Assembly (NCBI GenBank): GCA_023213395.1
Contig: CM041465.1
Location: forward strand, 42,167,741-42,231,740
Origin: Cycas panzhihuaensis
Lineage: Eukaryota > Plantae > Cycadophyta
Direction: 5' to 3'
Length of the DNA stretch: 64,000 nucleotides
The translations under genes were made by a program, and so were the position numbers. Shown here piece by piece: positions 14,283 through 28,036 of this stretch (position 1 is its first letter; the number at the start of each line of letters is the position of its first letter). The notes beneath the pieces are model-generated. The model was not told the origin of the DNA and did no database searches. It was given only the letters and a program-made list of their open reading frames with translations.

Positions 14283-17200
14283 TACACAAGTATTCAAAGT
14301 TTTAGTTTTTATCTTCATGAGTGTGTTAGAGAATTAGCTGGAAAGTTAGATTTGTGATATTAATCATAGGCAAGTTAGGGGATCAAACCTTATAAATCGT
14401 TCTCTACACATACCTTCACTAGGTTAGTATAGTTTTATGTTTTATTTATATTTTATCTCTTTATAAAGTGTTGGAAATTTTTGCAAGAAATTTTAGTTTG
14501 TATTATTCAAAACATAATAATATCACATTTTGGTTGAATGCTTAAAGAAAATCAAGTATGTTACATCATGTTTATTTAAAATAAATTTTGGGTTTTTCAT
14601 TCTATTTTTTACACATTGTGCATAAACATTATTTCAATTATTTCATACAAATCTTGATATAATCATGCATTATTTCAATTAAATTTTTGAGGTGTTTTAG
14701 TTAAAGGACTTCAGAGAATATTTGTTTTCAATCAAATAAGATTTGATAAATCATGTTTTCATGTGGTTAATAAAAATAGTAAAGACCTTATTTGATACAT
14801 TGCATAAACCCCTAAAATTTCACATAACAATATACATTTATTTACATCAAGGCATTACAATGCCAAATATTTTGAAGTCAATTTCTTAATAGGTATGCAA
14901 TGTAATAAACAAACAAACATGTATTTGTTAAATCACATTCATTCTAGAGTAAAAGCGAACTTTATGCATATTTAATAGTGAATGTAAAATGTCACATTTT
15001 AGTAAGGTTTCTGAATTAGTAAAAGCATCTATATAAACCTCTATGTTGACATTCATTTTAAGGATATAAAATACATATTAAATACACTTTATAGTTGCAT
15101 GATGTGTCATCTTTTCTTAATACAAGTATGTGACATGTCTTGGGTTGAATGAACCAAGGTTCTTTATTTATGAAATTCTCATTCACTATTTTGAAGGTAA
15201 GATGTATTGAATTTTATTGTACATCGAGATCTATCATTGAAATTACTCCACTGTTTGTCTTTGTGCAAGGCACGAATAGGCCATTTCTTAGCCTTTATAT
15301 AGGTAATCCAAAGGGAGTTCTAATAGGTAATAATTTGCATGTAAGTTAGCGGAATCTATAATTGCATGCACACCTTAAGTTTGCTAATTAAAATGAATTG
15401 GGAGGGGAGGAATTTAATACATTTTCATATAGTTTGATTCTAAAAACCAAAGATAAATGAAAAAATCTGCTTTAATTAGTTGCAGTTCCACGTAGATGCA
15501 TTGGTGATTTTAATGTTCATATGAATTTTAGACTAACTCCTATAGGGGCTATGCACATATTGCTATTACTAAAATAACTTGCAAAAAATATAAGCAAAAC
15601 ATAGCAAAAAACAAAAAACTATTTTAGCTACATAGACAAACATAGCAAATTCAAGATTTGGTAAATCTTTGGTGCCACCTCTGGCATCGTCTATGTATGT
15701 TGTTCGTTCAATGTCTTAAGTTGTAGCTTTTGTCATACTGGGTTTTAAAACAAGGTGTTATTGGCAAAGTGTTTCTACTCCATCAACTTGTCATCGTCAC
15801 GTGGGATCCTTAAGTATATCTTAGGTGTTTGTAGAGTCAAATTTTCTATCTAACTACTTTTATTAAGAAATTACTAGACTAAGGCCCTTCACAGACACAA
15901 GGCCATGTAGTATGTCAATCCCTCAACCAACTAGAGCTAGTTCCGTAGTAGGGGTGTAGTCACATGGGTGTGCTTTACCTACTTAGGCTTATACATAAGA
16001 ACCTAGACTATAAGTAACTTTGATAGCTATGGGAGTACCAAAGAGTAAGTGGGTTGACTATATACTTGCTCTTTAATAGCGTGTCACGAAGTCATGTTTG
16101 ATTGAGTAGTCTTCTCTCGAGAGACCATATAAAGCTTTATCTTACCACCACCTATATTATTCATCATTGTTTGACGCATCTTAGGGTTTTCCCTAAAATT
16201 CATTAGCAAGGTTAAAGATATGGTTTTTGTAGGGATTAAACCTATATAACAAAGGGAGACCACTTAGTAATCCTTGGTTAAAAGAGTGTATAAGTAGCTT
16301 TAGAGACCTTAGGGTGACCAATTCTACTTATTGTGGAGAAATATTTATATGATAGATTGGTACCAGTATTTTCTTTGAAGTGAGTTGAACCCCTCTTTTG
16401 TGGACTCAATTTTTGCCCTTTAGGTTCTTTTGAGCCCCTTAGGTTGAAATTTCATGTATAAGTGATACACACATTTCATTGTCACTCTATTGAGCCCTTC
16501 TCTTTAATAATTTTATCTTTAACTCATAAAATGTTGACTAGGATGTGATCTTAGCTTCGCATTAGACATACAAGTTACTTTTAGGTGGAATTTAAGGTTA
16601 TCACATTTTTTGTATCAACAAAAAGTATGTCCTATAACTTTCCACATATGCATGAACTAGTCAAGCTTGCTTGTCATATGTCAAGAAACGTCTTAATTGA
16701 TGTACCAAACATCATTGGACTTTCTTTGATGCACTGCCATATTCTATCGATCATCTCCACTCTACAAATTATCTATATGCTTTTGACCAATCTACAATAA
16801 CGTATAGTTTTTCTTAATGTGGCCTAGTTTGTTGTAATTATAGTAAGTCTTTTAAGGTAATTTTTTAGAGTAAGAAAATAAATATTTTTCACCTATTATG
16901 ATGTGAAAAAATAATAAGATTACACTATAAAGCACATAATTACAACAAAGTGGGTATTAAATAGTCCTAACATAACACACATAAGATTTTATTAAAAAAA
17001 AAAAATTGTGGGTCCCTCATTCACTACGCAGAATATTGACAAAATAATAAAGTCCTTTGACACCATGCAAGGAATAAGAATCTCACTATATGACCATCCT
17101 CAACACAAAAAGGACTAAAAAGTATAATATAAAAATAGTCTTTATTTTTACAAATGACTTCTAAATGAGCCAAAAAGACTCTTAGCACCTTTTATACAAT

Positions 17201-20200
17201 GTGAGCGAGCTAATAAGCATATTTCAACCGATTAATAAAAATAATTGAAATAAATAAAACATTACAAAAAAAATAGACCTATGTATCTATTAATCAGTTG
17301 AATATTCCAAAAACAAACATAATTTGTTCTGCATTACTATAAATAATAATTTCAGTCTAGTTAGTTGTCGAGTCGATTAAATTTGACTCCACTCATTACT
17401 ACGTCTTGGTGGGCATTTTCTCTCATTGTGTTGTATGTAATTCCATTTACATTATTTTTTGTAGGTCCATTCGAGCGATTGGTGTTCTCATGGAAGTGTT
17501 GAGCGTTGTTTGTTTGTGTGCAAGTCTTTATTGGTGCTTGGTGTTGTCTCATTCATCTCACATATTGGGTGTCTACTTTCTCTGCGTTAGGGCAACTCTC
17601 CATGTATGGCATTCTTTATCTATGCAATGTTGTCACCTTCCTTTATGGCATCTCTGGTGTTGAAAATTAATGACATTACCCCCTACATGAGTTGTTGTAA
17701 ACTAGTATTCCTTGACATGACAAGCTGACCAATACTTTCATAAAATTATTTTTTTTATTTTAGTTAATATCTTATACAATCTATAGAGTGCCACTACTTA
17801 ACTCTTTCACATAGAATTTCATCTTAAGAATCCAACGCATGACACCTTTCATACATAGTTGCTTTCTAGAAATAATGATCCCCATTACACCTATTCAAAC
17901 ATACACCATTATATACACACACGATAAACTCTGGCATTTTGAAAGAACTCCATATCACAACTTAATTCAACATTAATTATTTAACTTTTAAAACCGAAAT
18001 CACCAACCAACTAATTAGCTCCAAACATTACAAGTAAAAATTTAATTATTAACCTACAAAGACCACCTTTGATACCACATGAAAGTTTAACAATCAAAAT
18101 GGAACTAATAATAATGAACATAACTTTATTTGATGGAATTAGTCTATATTCAATCTAAATTTTCATATCTCATATTGAAATAAGAAAGAAGCTCTTTATA
18201 TTGATTCAATCTATCTCATATAGCAAGCATCATTATCTTAAATATGTTGATTGAAATGGAACATATATGGTTTGCATACTAGGTCTGACACTTCTCATAT
18301 TCCCCCCATGAAATAATGGGGTACAAGGGATAAACAGAATTTTCAAACCACGAAACCAACTGGTTCTGCACCAATGAAGGGAAAACAACATCCATAGTAA
18401 TGAACCCTATAGTTTGGAAGAGGTTTTGAGAAAAGGTTTTAGCGCCAGTGTATTCCACATGTACTTTGGTTCATTCAACATTATTTACATAGAAGTTTTG
18501 ACCATGAAAAGTAGCCAAGAGTTCTCGAGTTGCTTGATCACTAACTTTTGAATCTTTGCCAGTCATTTTATTCATTTTTCAATTGGCTTAAGTTGATTCA
18601 ATATTATTGTCACAAAGGCTTATCACACCTTTCTATTCAAATAAGTTTGGGTAGATGTCTATATTGTAAGCAAACTTTATATCAATGCATAATATAAATC
18701 TGTACAAGTGAGATCGATAACAGTCTAAACATGAACTTGTAAGCGCATTGCACGTGTCACAAGCTTATTAAGGGCTTTGTAATGACTCACTAAACTAACT
18801 CGTCTTATATTAACATTTATCCTAACATTATTGATCACATGATATATCAGACCTGGTATTAAATGCTTTCATATTAATGTGCTTGTATTTTGAACAAGGT
18901 GTTTGATATTAAGTCCTGATGATATCAAATCTAAAAGTTTAATCACCATTACATGACAAATGTTTTACATCGAGCACCATGGAACCATTTTTTATACAGG
19001 ATTAATTACTTTATAAAGAAGTTTACAGAGTAATATTCTTCTTTTTAATACTTTACCCCACATAAACTACTTTACAAAGGATTTACAAATGTCCCTTATA
19101 CAAGGTTTACATTACCAATTTGGCTTTACTACATGCTATTACATTTCTATAATTTCCTAAGAGAATTAGGCAACCATTTTTGTAATTTCCTAAGAGAGCT
19201 AGTCAATCATTTCTGTAATTTCCTAGGTGCTCTACTAAGTCCATGGTTGTATCATCTAAACTTTAGATGTTTTCCCATTTGAATTCTATTTTGTTTCTCA
19301 TTGTTATTTTTCAATTCATAATTCCACTTTCTATTGTTCTATAATATTCTCAGCTAGTGGAGCCAACTCTTAAAATTTAGTGTTATATCCAAACACAATG
19401 CCTTGGTATTTTAAGTTGAGAAGCTTAAAAAAATAAAAATAACCGTAAATTTCATTGAACTTTTAGAAAAATACAACACAATAGGAAGGGGGGTGTGGTA
19501 GCGGGGTATGAAGAAGGTGACAAAAAATAATTGATATGAAAAGCTATTGCCAAGCAATTCAACAATAATGTCATACTTAAGTTCTTTAATTATTTTCTTA
19601 CATAAATAGTTACAAACATGAAACTCCTGTTATAAAATGAGCAAGGCTTAACACCTACTTCTAGACTAGAATTTTGTTTGCTAATAACTAGCAAGCAATT
19701 GTACAACTCTCTCAAATAGAAATGTGAGTTCTTCAGAAAATTGCTTGTACCTTCGTCAAAGAAACTTAGAATATCACCAAATTCGAGGCGTAACTAAAAC
19801 AAACAAGGTCACACCCTTATTCCATAGATCACCTTATTTCTTTCAATTTCTACACAAGTTCCTTCAATCTATGTGTTTGGTCACCTTCATCATAGCCTTT
19901 TCCAACCTCATCACCTTTAGATCTATGCAAATGATGCCTCATTTACTATTAATTTGCCAAAAAAGGCTATGGAATTCACCTCACATTTTACGAACTTTCA
20001 TCACATTATACGAAATCCAATATGGTAGAGGGCATGGTTGTGTTCAAATTGAATGCCTCTACGTCAAGAGCACTATGCCAAAATTTAAAGCCCATTGGTA
20101 CAATGATTATCTAGAGTGAGCAAATGAAGCAACATGTATTGAAATGGCTATTGGTTACCGCCAAATATTTGACCAAATATCTTATAAAGTAATGAAGAAT

Positions 20201-20721
20201 ACTAAAGAAGACATTAACTTGATTATAAACTCACTCCAATATCATTGATATGAATGCTAAAAGAAAGTATTGATTATTTGAGAGCAAGAGAGCATAAAAA
20301 GTCTAGAGGATAACACAATTCCATTAATTCAACAAAGTACCATTTACATAACGATGAGCCCTTTACTTATACTTAATATAAGCTTGTACTACAAGCTTGT
20401 ATTAATGGGTTATTATGAAAACCACTACTAATAGCATTTTTATTAAACTACTTCTTGTTGGACCCTTATGGATTCTTGCCTCACTAAGACTCTCAATATA
20501 AAAATGGGTTTATAACATGATTCCTAAGTTTACAATTGATGCTATTGAAAATAATGTTTTAAAAATAATAAACAAAGATGTTTAAGAGTGGATTGGTAAT
20601 GTTAATCCCTTTGATAATAAAAGAATATTTTTATAACAATTTTCTATGGACATGTATCATTGTATATGTATAACCTATTGAAAATTAATGATTTATCCAT
20701 AATCATTTGTTGGTTATCCCA

Positions 20722-21078
20722 TTAAAACTACTTTAACATTATCAAGTTGTGTGCATAGAGTTGCTCATATTTTAAGTGATTCTCATAAGATTCTTAATAT
20801 ACAAATATTATTAAATTGTGTGATGATAACTCATATGTTTATATATTTTCATAGGTCATCTACAAGGTTCTCTAGCCTCATTAGTTCTCTATGAAGTGAA
20901 TTGTTTCTATAAATATGTACATGTTTTAATGTTATAGATGAAAATTGATCATTTTTCCAATTTGTTTCATATTTTGAATTGATGCATATTTCATCTTTCT
21001 TCATCATAGTATCATAGTTTCTTGTATAATATATTTAACATGATATCAAAGATTTTCACTCTAATATTTCTAACATGG
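20722..21078. repeat. Old dispersed repeat, copy 1 (paralog at ~34340-34692)
   Basis: Collinear shared blocks, e.g. TTTTAAGTG.TTCT.ATAAGATTCTTAATATA and ATTTTGAATTG.T.C.TATTTCAT; roughly 70% identity by eye. Confidence 0.75.
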
Positions 21079-23297
21079 TATCTAAACCAACGATTTAATC
21101 TTCGAAACTTATGGTTTGGTCTTGGGTATGGAACCAATTTGCAAATGTTACTATCCGCACCTAATATAATCGACATGTATTTTAAAGTATTCTATTTGCA
21201 AGTATAACAAATCTCACGTCTAAAATGTGTCCTACAAAGCAATGATCATGGAGATTGGTTATCCATGCAATTTAATGATAGTTGCAAATTACAAAGATCT
21301 CGTAACTATATCGTAAAGACATGTTCAACATTGTGAATTTCTTGCAACACAAAATAGAAGTAAATGAAGACCTACTAACATCTAGACTTCAAGGATTTAA
21401 CCTATGTTGAAGCCCTTTGATAATTCCTAAAAACCCTATGCACCAAATATTTTGCAAACACAACAATTGCGTTTATGGGTGTTTCATCACTAGTGATTTT
21501 TTTCCTAAAATTGGAAGACTTAGAACTTATATGGTTGATTGGAACCTAAATATGTAACATACAGGAGTGATAGTGATTGGGCCCATAAATTTAATTGTCT
21601 CAAGTATTTCTCTACAAATAATTTGATTTTCTCATATTTATGAGTGGAAATTAAAGTTGGATGCTAATACTAGACAACCAAGGAAGACACTGAGAAATCA
21701 CAAATGCAAGTACCCACCTAATACATAGTAGGAATTTGAATTTTTCAAGTGCAATTTTGGTAAAAAGAGTTGTTAAATATAAATGCTAGTAAAGGAGATT
21801 GTGTGTTGGAAGCAATGAAATTCTTAACTACATGATAAATGTAAAAACATAAGTCATTGAAATAAAGTCATTGACCATACTTAATAGGAGCAAACACTAA
21901 AGACGTATGTTGCTAAGGAGGATCATGGTGGGCCTAGAGAGGCAAATCCAAGTAAAAATATAAGATGCTCGCATTGAATAAAATTGCAAATACAGAGAAC
22001 CCACTGTAGAGTTAAAATGACAATGCAATTGATGAGTTGGCACATTTACATGCAAGAATCAATTACCATGGCTTAAAGTAAGGTCAACATGTTAGAACCT
22101 TCATTCCCAGCATTAAGTCTTGACCTTGTGTATTTATATTTTTGTCACTTTAGGCCCTTAATCCTAAAGTGTCATTTGTTGCATTATAAAATTGCCTTTT
22201 GTCCTGTAGTGACTTTCCTCACATGTGCTTGTGAAAAGTCAACGTTTGTGGGCTTTGTCTCTTATGAGAAGTCAATGTCTGTAGGCACTTACCTTATCCT
22301 TGGAGATAGTAGAGTCCTAATAAGATTAGGCTCCTAGTCTTGCCAGTGACGTGTTGAGATCCTGATCATCCATTCTCCTTTATAAGGAGCCCTATTCTTA
22401 TATTTTGGATGTAGTGTCTTGTTAGAATTATGCTACTATAAGTGTTTCTTATAGGTGAAGTATTCAGAGTAATTCTCCTTCATGTTTAGATGTGAGATAG
22501 GTTGAGTTGAGGTTCAATACTCCTCCCTATCATCTTTCATCTTTGTACTACATCATTTTCATTAATCTAAGTCTATTGTCCTTCATATTACGATGTCCTC
22601 ATCGACTTCTCAATAGATTTTGGTTCCTGTACTGTCTCCATTGAGTCTTTCAGTTTGGTATCAGAGCTGCAGGAACTTGAGGAGCAATTTGGGGACGTCG
22701 AATCTCTCCAGAACTGGTGACGACCTTCGCCATACGAAGGTGATCTAATTGGAGCGAGGAGTAATTTCTCAAGGTTTGATGTTAAAGGACTTGGTTTACA
22801 TTCATGATTTGCAAATTCTCTTAAGAATCTTTATGCAAAATCTTGAATATTTACACCTTTTGGAGGACTAATTTGATTGCCAGGAAAAGGGACAAATATA
22901 CTAAGTTTGCAGGCACTCTGGAGCTAGTTTTCTTGTCTTTTTCACAAAACTAAGTTGTTGTAATCCTTACATTATCTGTTTTGTTGCCAAAGCTTTGTGA
23001 ATAAGCTGATTCCTTTGGAGGTTACAAGGAAGAAAAAGTGACTGCTTATAAGGTTTCTCATTGTCAATATTGAGGATTAAAGATTTTATAAAGTTTTTTT
23101 ATTAAAAAAAAGATTATGATTAAATCTTTTTTTTGAAGAGTCATTATTTATGCCAAAAATCCTCATTAAGCCCATAAGTGGCTGGCTCACTTTGTCTTTT
23201 GAATTAAAAAAAAAAAAAAGGAGAGTTGATCAAATGTCTCTCTTTTTTTTAGACAAAAGAATCTTAAATTTAAGACCTTGTCTTGGAGAGTTAGTTA

Positions 23298-23943
23298 AAA
23301 TTTCTGTGCTGAGGTACCCACATTAGAAGAACCAGGTCCTTGCCTTCTCCTCATACCCTCCTCTGGAATCCCTCCAAAGATTGCAGCCTCAAGCATTACT
23401 GCTTCATCTTGTTCCACAGAAGATATTCCTCCCCACTCATCGGTATGAAAGGGATCTCCATTGTGCTGAGGAGCACTGGCAAGACCGTGTGGTCTTGGGC
23501 TAGACAAAAGGTTGCTCTCTCTGATTGATCTGCGCCTGAGCAAAGGCTGCTCCTCGTGATGCTCTGTGCGACCTGCGGTTACGCGTGGCAGTTCCGTGAT
23601 CCTCCGTCTGGACCTGCATAGCTACTCAGCAACTCCCGTCCAAGCCCCGGTTCTCCACACTAATCATTGTTGCTCTGCAGCTCTCACTTCGTCTGATTCG
23701 TCCCTCGACTCCCGGTGATCCATGCTCTACGGTCTCTCTCTGGCCTGGCCCATTCAACTCTTTAAATGCAGTTGGTGGCTCTCGCACTTTTGCTCTGTCT
23801 GCATGGCTGCCCCGAGCTCCCACGTCTCTTCAACAATGTCCGCACCTGCTCCGACGGCTCCAAGATCCGACGACGCCCATAATCTCAGCACAACTGGTAA
23901 GTCGTAAAACCACGGGCAGAATCGATATTCTCCGCCGCCGCCA
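23298..23943 (-). pseudogene. PUX8: Captured fragment of a plant UBX domain-containing protein gene (PUX8/PUX9/PUX13-like, SAY1); core 23356-23555
   Basis: GC-rich island. Minus frame reads EEQPLLRRRS...DEWGGISSVEQDEAVMLEAAIFGGIPEEG, matching the PUX8-family motifs EEQPLVRHR and EWGGISSEEHDEAVMLEAAMFGGIPE as I recall them. No UBX domain present. Confidence 0.85.
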
Positions 23944-24855
23944 CATTATTCATTTGAATTCTTTTCACATAGCTTTTAAACTATAGTGTATATAAGGTAG
24001 AATATACTTTAAGTATATTCTTTTTTGAATTTTCCTTTTCAAACTTTATATTTATAAAGTTTTTTGTTATTAATCTTTATTCTATCATTAAGGGCTTCAT
24101 TTAGCACATTTTTTTAGTGTGTAAATCACCCTAAATCTTACAAAAAAAAATTGCAAGTACCTTTTTGATCAAAATCATCATTATTAAGTGATTTGTTGAT
24201 CACTTTTTTGTAAAAATCTGTGTTTTTTAATGACTTTAAGTTCTTAAGTCATTATTTTTGAATTAAAAAGTGATCTTTTGAAGACTTTTAAAAGTGTGTT
24301 AATCATATTCATTTTTGTATACATCTTCCAAGTGTAATTTGGTGTTTCAAACATCACTTTTTGGCTTATTTTTATGCCTAAAATTGTATCATTTTAAAGT
24401 CTTGTTTTCTCACTGGACTCCTTGCGAGGTGACCCATTTATAGTGAAAAACTACATCATTAAAAAGAGGAAAAGGATCAATAAAAAGAGAATTTTTTGGT
24501 GTGTAGGGATCAATTTTTCGATTCCAGGAGTTCTTTGTGGACTTGCTTCGTTTTCTAGCTTGATTAAAGGCATTACAAGTGTGATGTTTCTGCTGCTATT
24601 TATGTCTTTGTGATATTGTTATTGAACTTAGTTGCATCACTTGTTAATCAACACAACTATAGTGTAATTTGGAACATTTTTCAACAAAGTCTTCAGCAGC
24701 AATCAGGCCTACACGCACACATTGTTCAGCACTCAAATCAACCCACTTCTTTTCATTAAAGCACTTAAGTGGTGAGGCTCGAAAAGGGTTTTTACTCTGC
24801 CTCAAAGTACCAAAAACTTGGCAAATACTGATCTAGTTATCAGATTGGACGAACT

Positions 24856-27800
24856 TGTTGGAAAATAGACCTACAATAAGATATTTACAAACAGAACAAA
24901 ACACACTTCCACAGGATCGAACAGTACCCTTAAGGTACCTCCATTGTATTAACAAAACATCCTTACAACATGATTACAATATGATACACTATGTTGTGTA
25001 TTTATAGTACATGCCAATATAGAGAGAGTAGGAACCCACTTGCATGTGGGATAAAACAAATGTGCATTAATATTCCAACACTCCCCCTTAATGCACATTT
25101 GGATCATTTGTACTTATAACGCCTTGTCCTTGGAAGTGTCTCGAAAATGATGTCTTCAACTTGATCCTTGTCTTCAAATTTGTAATGATGTCTTTGCTGT
25201 AGAATGATGTCTTTATCTTGATTTGTATCTTCAATTATGTACTGATGCCTTTGTAGGATGATGTCCTCAACTTGATTTCTATCTTCAATCTTGTAGTGAT
25301 GATGTTGAAGTAGCAACTCTAGCAAGTACAAATCATGATTCTTCATCGTACCTGGTCTAATCTGATTTTGATGTAGACCCTGTAAACAACCATCTTTAGT
25401 CACAACTTGCTTGTCATAATTATCTTGTATAAACTCTTGATCACCATGTACAATAGTGAGTTCTTCAACCTTAGGAGTGGAGTCTTGATCAACTTGCATA
25501 CTCTTTGAATTTGAAACAATACTCAAAGAAGAAATATCATTCAAACTTGAATCAATACTCAAAGTAGGAATATCATCAATATAAGACTCGTCCTTTATAG
25601 AACCATCGGATTCATATTCAATCTCCCTTGAAATCAATTCATCACTTTCAATGTCTTCATTTGTAATCTCGTTAATGCATTCAACAGTAGAAGTTTCGTC
25701 AGTACTTAAACATTCTTCATCTTGACATCTTTGTCATCGTTGTTGATGATACTTTCTTCATTTGTTGTACCTGTACCATAACTAGCCTTAATTGCTTTTT
25801 CAATCATTCGTTGTGTTTCTTCAGGAGTTTGTTCAAATACTTCCCTTAGAAGATCCCAAGCTTCTTTAGCATTACTTGCATGTAGAATCATAGGAATAAC
25901 AAAATGGAATTTGGAAGGAAGATCAATATCATTGAATGCAGCACGAATCATAATGAATGCTTTCCTATCTTTCTTCTCAAGCATTTCCTTTTCTTCTTCA
26001 TCATTAGGGATATCATATTCATCAGTAACAATCTTCCACAAAACCTCCAGCTATGAATAGACATCTCATTTTAATTGTCCAAAAGAAGTAGTCTTCACCA
26101 TTGCACTTAGGTACTGGAAGAAATGAATCCCTTAAGTGATATTCATTTGTTTCAGGAGCATATATAACCACATCATTATCCTCCATGATTGTAAATGCCA
26201 TTTTCTAACACCATGTCCCTTTTCCAATCAACAAATTCACCCATCAATCTCAACAAACTTTCTCATGTCTCATGTCTCTCATATTATTGACTTCATCACA
26301 TCATTGCCTTATACATCTCACATATGCCAAATAGTCACATAAAATCCAAACACTCACTTCACCAAATCAATGCCTCATAAATCTCATGATGATCATACAT
26401 GTCATATGTCGCTACCAAGACACATACTTCACTTGATTTCCCAAAAAAATAACTCATGCCGCTACACCACTCAATAAGGTTTGCTTCCCAATAACTCAAC
26501 TCATCCTTCTTTGCCCATTCAGTTAATTAGAACACATCATCAACCATGCCTAATCTCATCCTTAAACATGCCCAACAAACACCCAATCCTTTCATGTAAC
26601 CTCACATGCAACAAGCATCTCATCGCCTCATATCACTATCTTTCTTACCCTCAAATTAGCCTTATCATGCCCATAAAGTCCCTTCACATAAATCATATTC
26701 CAAGGATAACTAAATCACCATATTCCACCCAACTCATTCATGTAAACACATGCACTGTCACTTCACCACCATACTATGTCATCATCACAATAGCTCTCTC
26801 ATATGAACACATGTAAGAAGGCACTTAATTTTCCATTAAACAATCACCATCATGCACTTCAAATCACCAATAGAGTGCCAAATACATTCACATCAATGTA
26901 ACTTAATATCATCTCACATTGCAACAATACTCTCCCATGCACAACATACGCAACACCTCATATTGCAACATCACCCAACTTATGTAAATCACATGCAAGA
27001 TAGTACTATGCCAATGCCAAATTTCACTACTTTGTCACCAATTAAGAGTATAAAACACTTATATCACCTCATTACCATTGCCTCATTCATGTCACCATAT
27101 AAATATGAAACCCTTAAATTCTCAAAAACTTATTTCTGAAAAAAAAGTATAGCTCAAAAATACATAAAATATGGATGGAATGATGGCCTCTGAAATACGA
27201 TTCCAACAATTCAGACGAAATTGAATTCTGATATCCAGATCAAAAGTTATGATCCTTTTAAGAATTTCACAATTAGGGTTTCTAGGGGCTATAATAGTAC
27301 CTTTTGATAAATTACTCATAACATTTTATTCTGAGCTCTGATAAACCTCAAACCACTTCCATTAGAAAGAGAATTCAAAAACGCACAGAATCAAAAAAAA
27401 ATTGAGGTCATTTGGATACCTGTAGCCAAAGTTATGCCTCCTTGAAGTTGAGGTTGCAAATCTATCCCAAAAAATCGTGACGGAAAAATGCGGTAAAATT
27501 AATTCTCTGCAATTTTCGCACTTTCACCCCAAAATCAGAAGTCGACCACTCAAATTTTATGGAACGAACTATTTCATCTCAATTTCGCTATTGCTTTTCA
27601 GAAATTTCAACGTTATGGCACCTCCCAAATCAACGCTCTGTCTAGAATAAAAACACCTCTCTCAACCCCACGATACCATGTTGGAAAATAGGCACCGATA
27701 AGATATTTACAAACAGAACAAAACACACTTCCACAGGATCGAACAGTACCCTTAAGGTACCTCCATTGTATTAACAAAATATCCTTACAACATGATTACA

Positions 27801-27902
27801 ATATGATACACTATGTTGTGTATTTATAGTACATGCCAATATAGAGAGAGTAGGAACCCACTTGCATGTGGGATAAATCAAATGTACATTAATATTCTAA
27901 CA
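24856..27902 (-). mobile_element. Nested non-autonomous gag-only copia-type LTR element (TR-GAG-like)
   Basis: LTRs 24856-25080 and 27679-27902 (~96% identical), perfect TSD GAACT (24851-24855, 27903-27907), PPT 25081-25089. Gag N-terminus VPKCNGEDYFFWTIKMR..LWKIV..NAKEAWDLL (26130-25706, one frameshift) followed by an acidic tail; no pol. Confidence 0.92.
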
Positions 27903-28036
27903 GAACTTGCGAGTCAAGCCCTTCATTCCGTCCACAAAATTTTCAATCTCGTATTGATCTTTTGTTGGATATCGAGTGGAACTTAAGCGGCGTCAACTCA
28001 ACAATTTTCAAGTTTTCATCTGGTACTGCACTCAAA

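Noticed and set aside
18067-18310. PBS-like CTTTGATACCA followed ~230 bp later by a C-run resembling a PPT complement
   Set aside because: No second LTR, TSD or coding support; probably a decayed LTR remnant but boundaries cannot be supported.
15149-21207. Short ORFs in the AT-rich intergenic region (e.g. 17406-17663, 19724-20119)
   Set aside because: No recognisable domains or splice structure; the YEIQYGRG motif is too weak to call a Helitron Rep.
26136-27139. His-rich plus-strand ORFs
   Set aside because: Artefacts of the C/A-skewed tract, antisense to the element.
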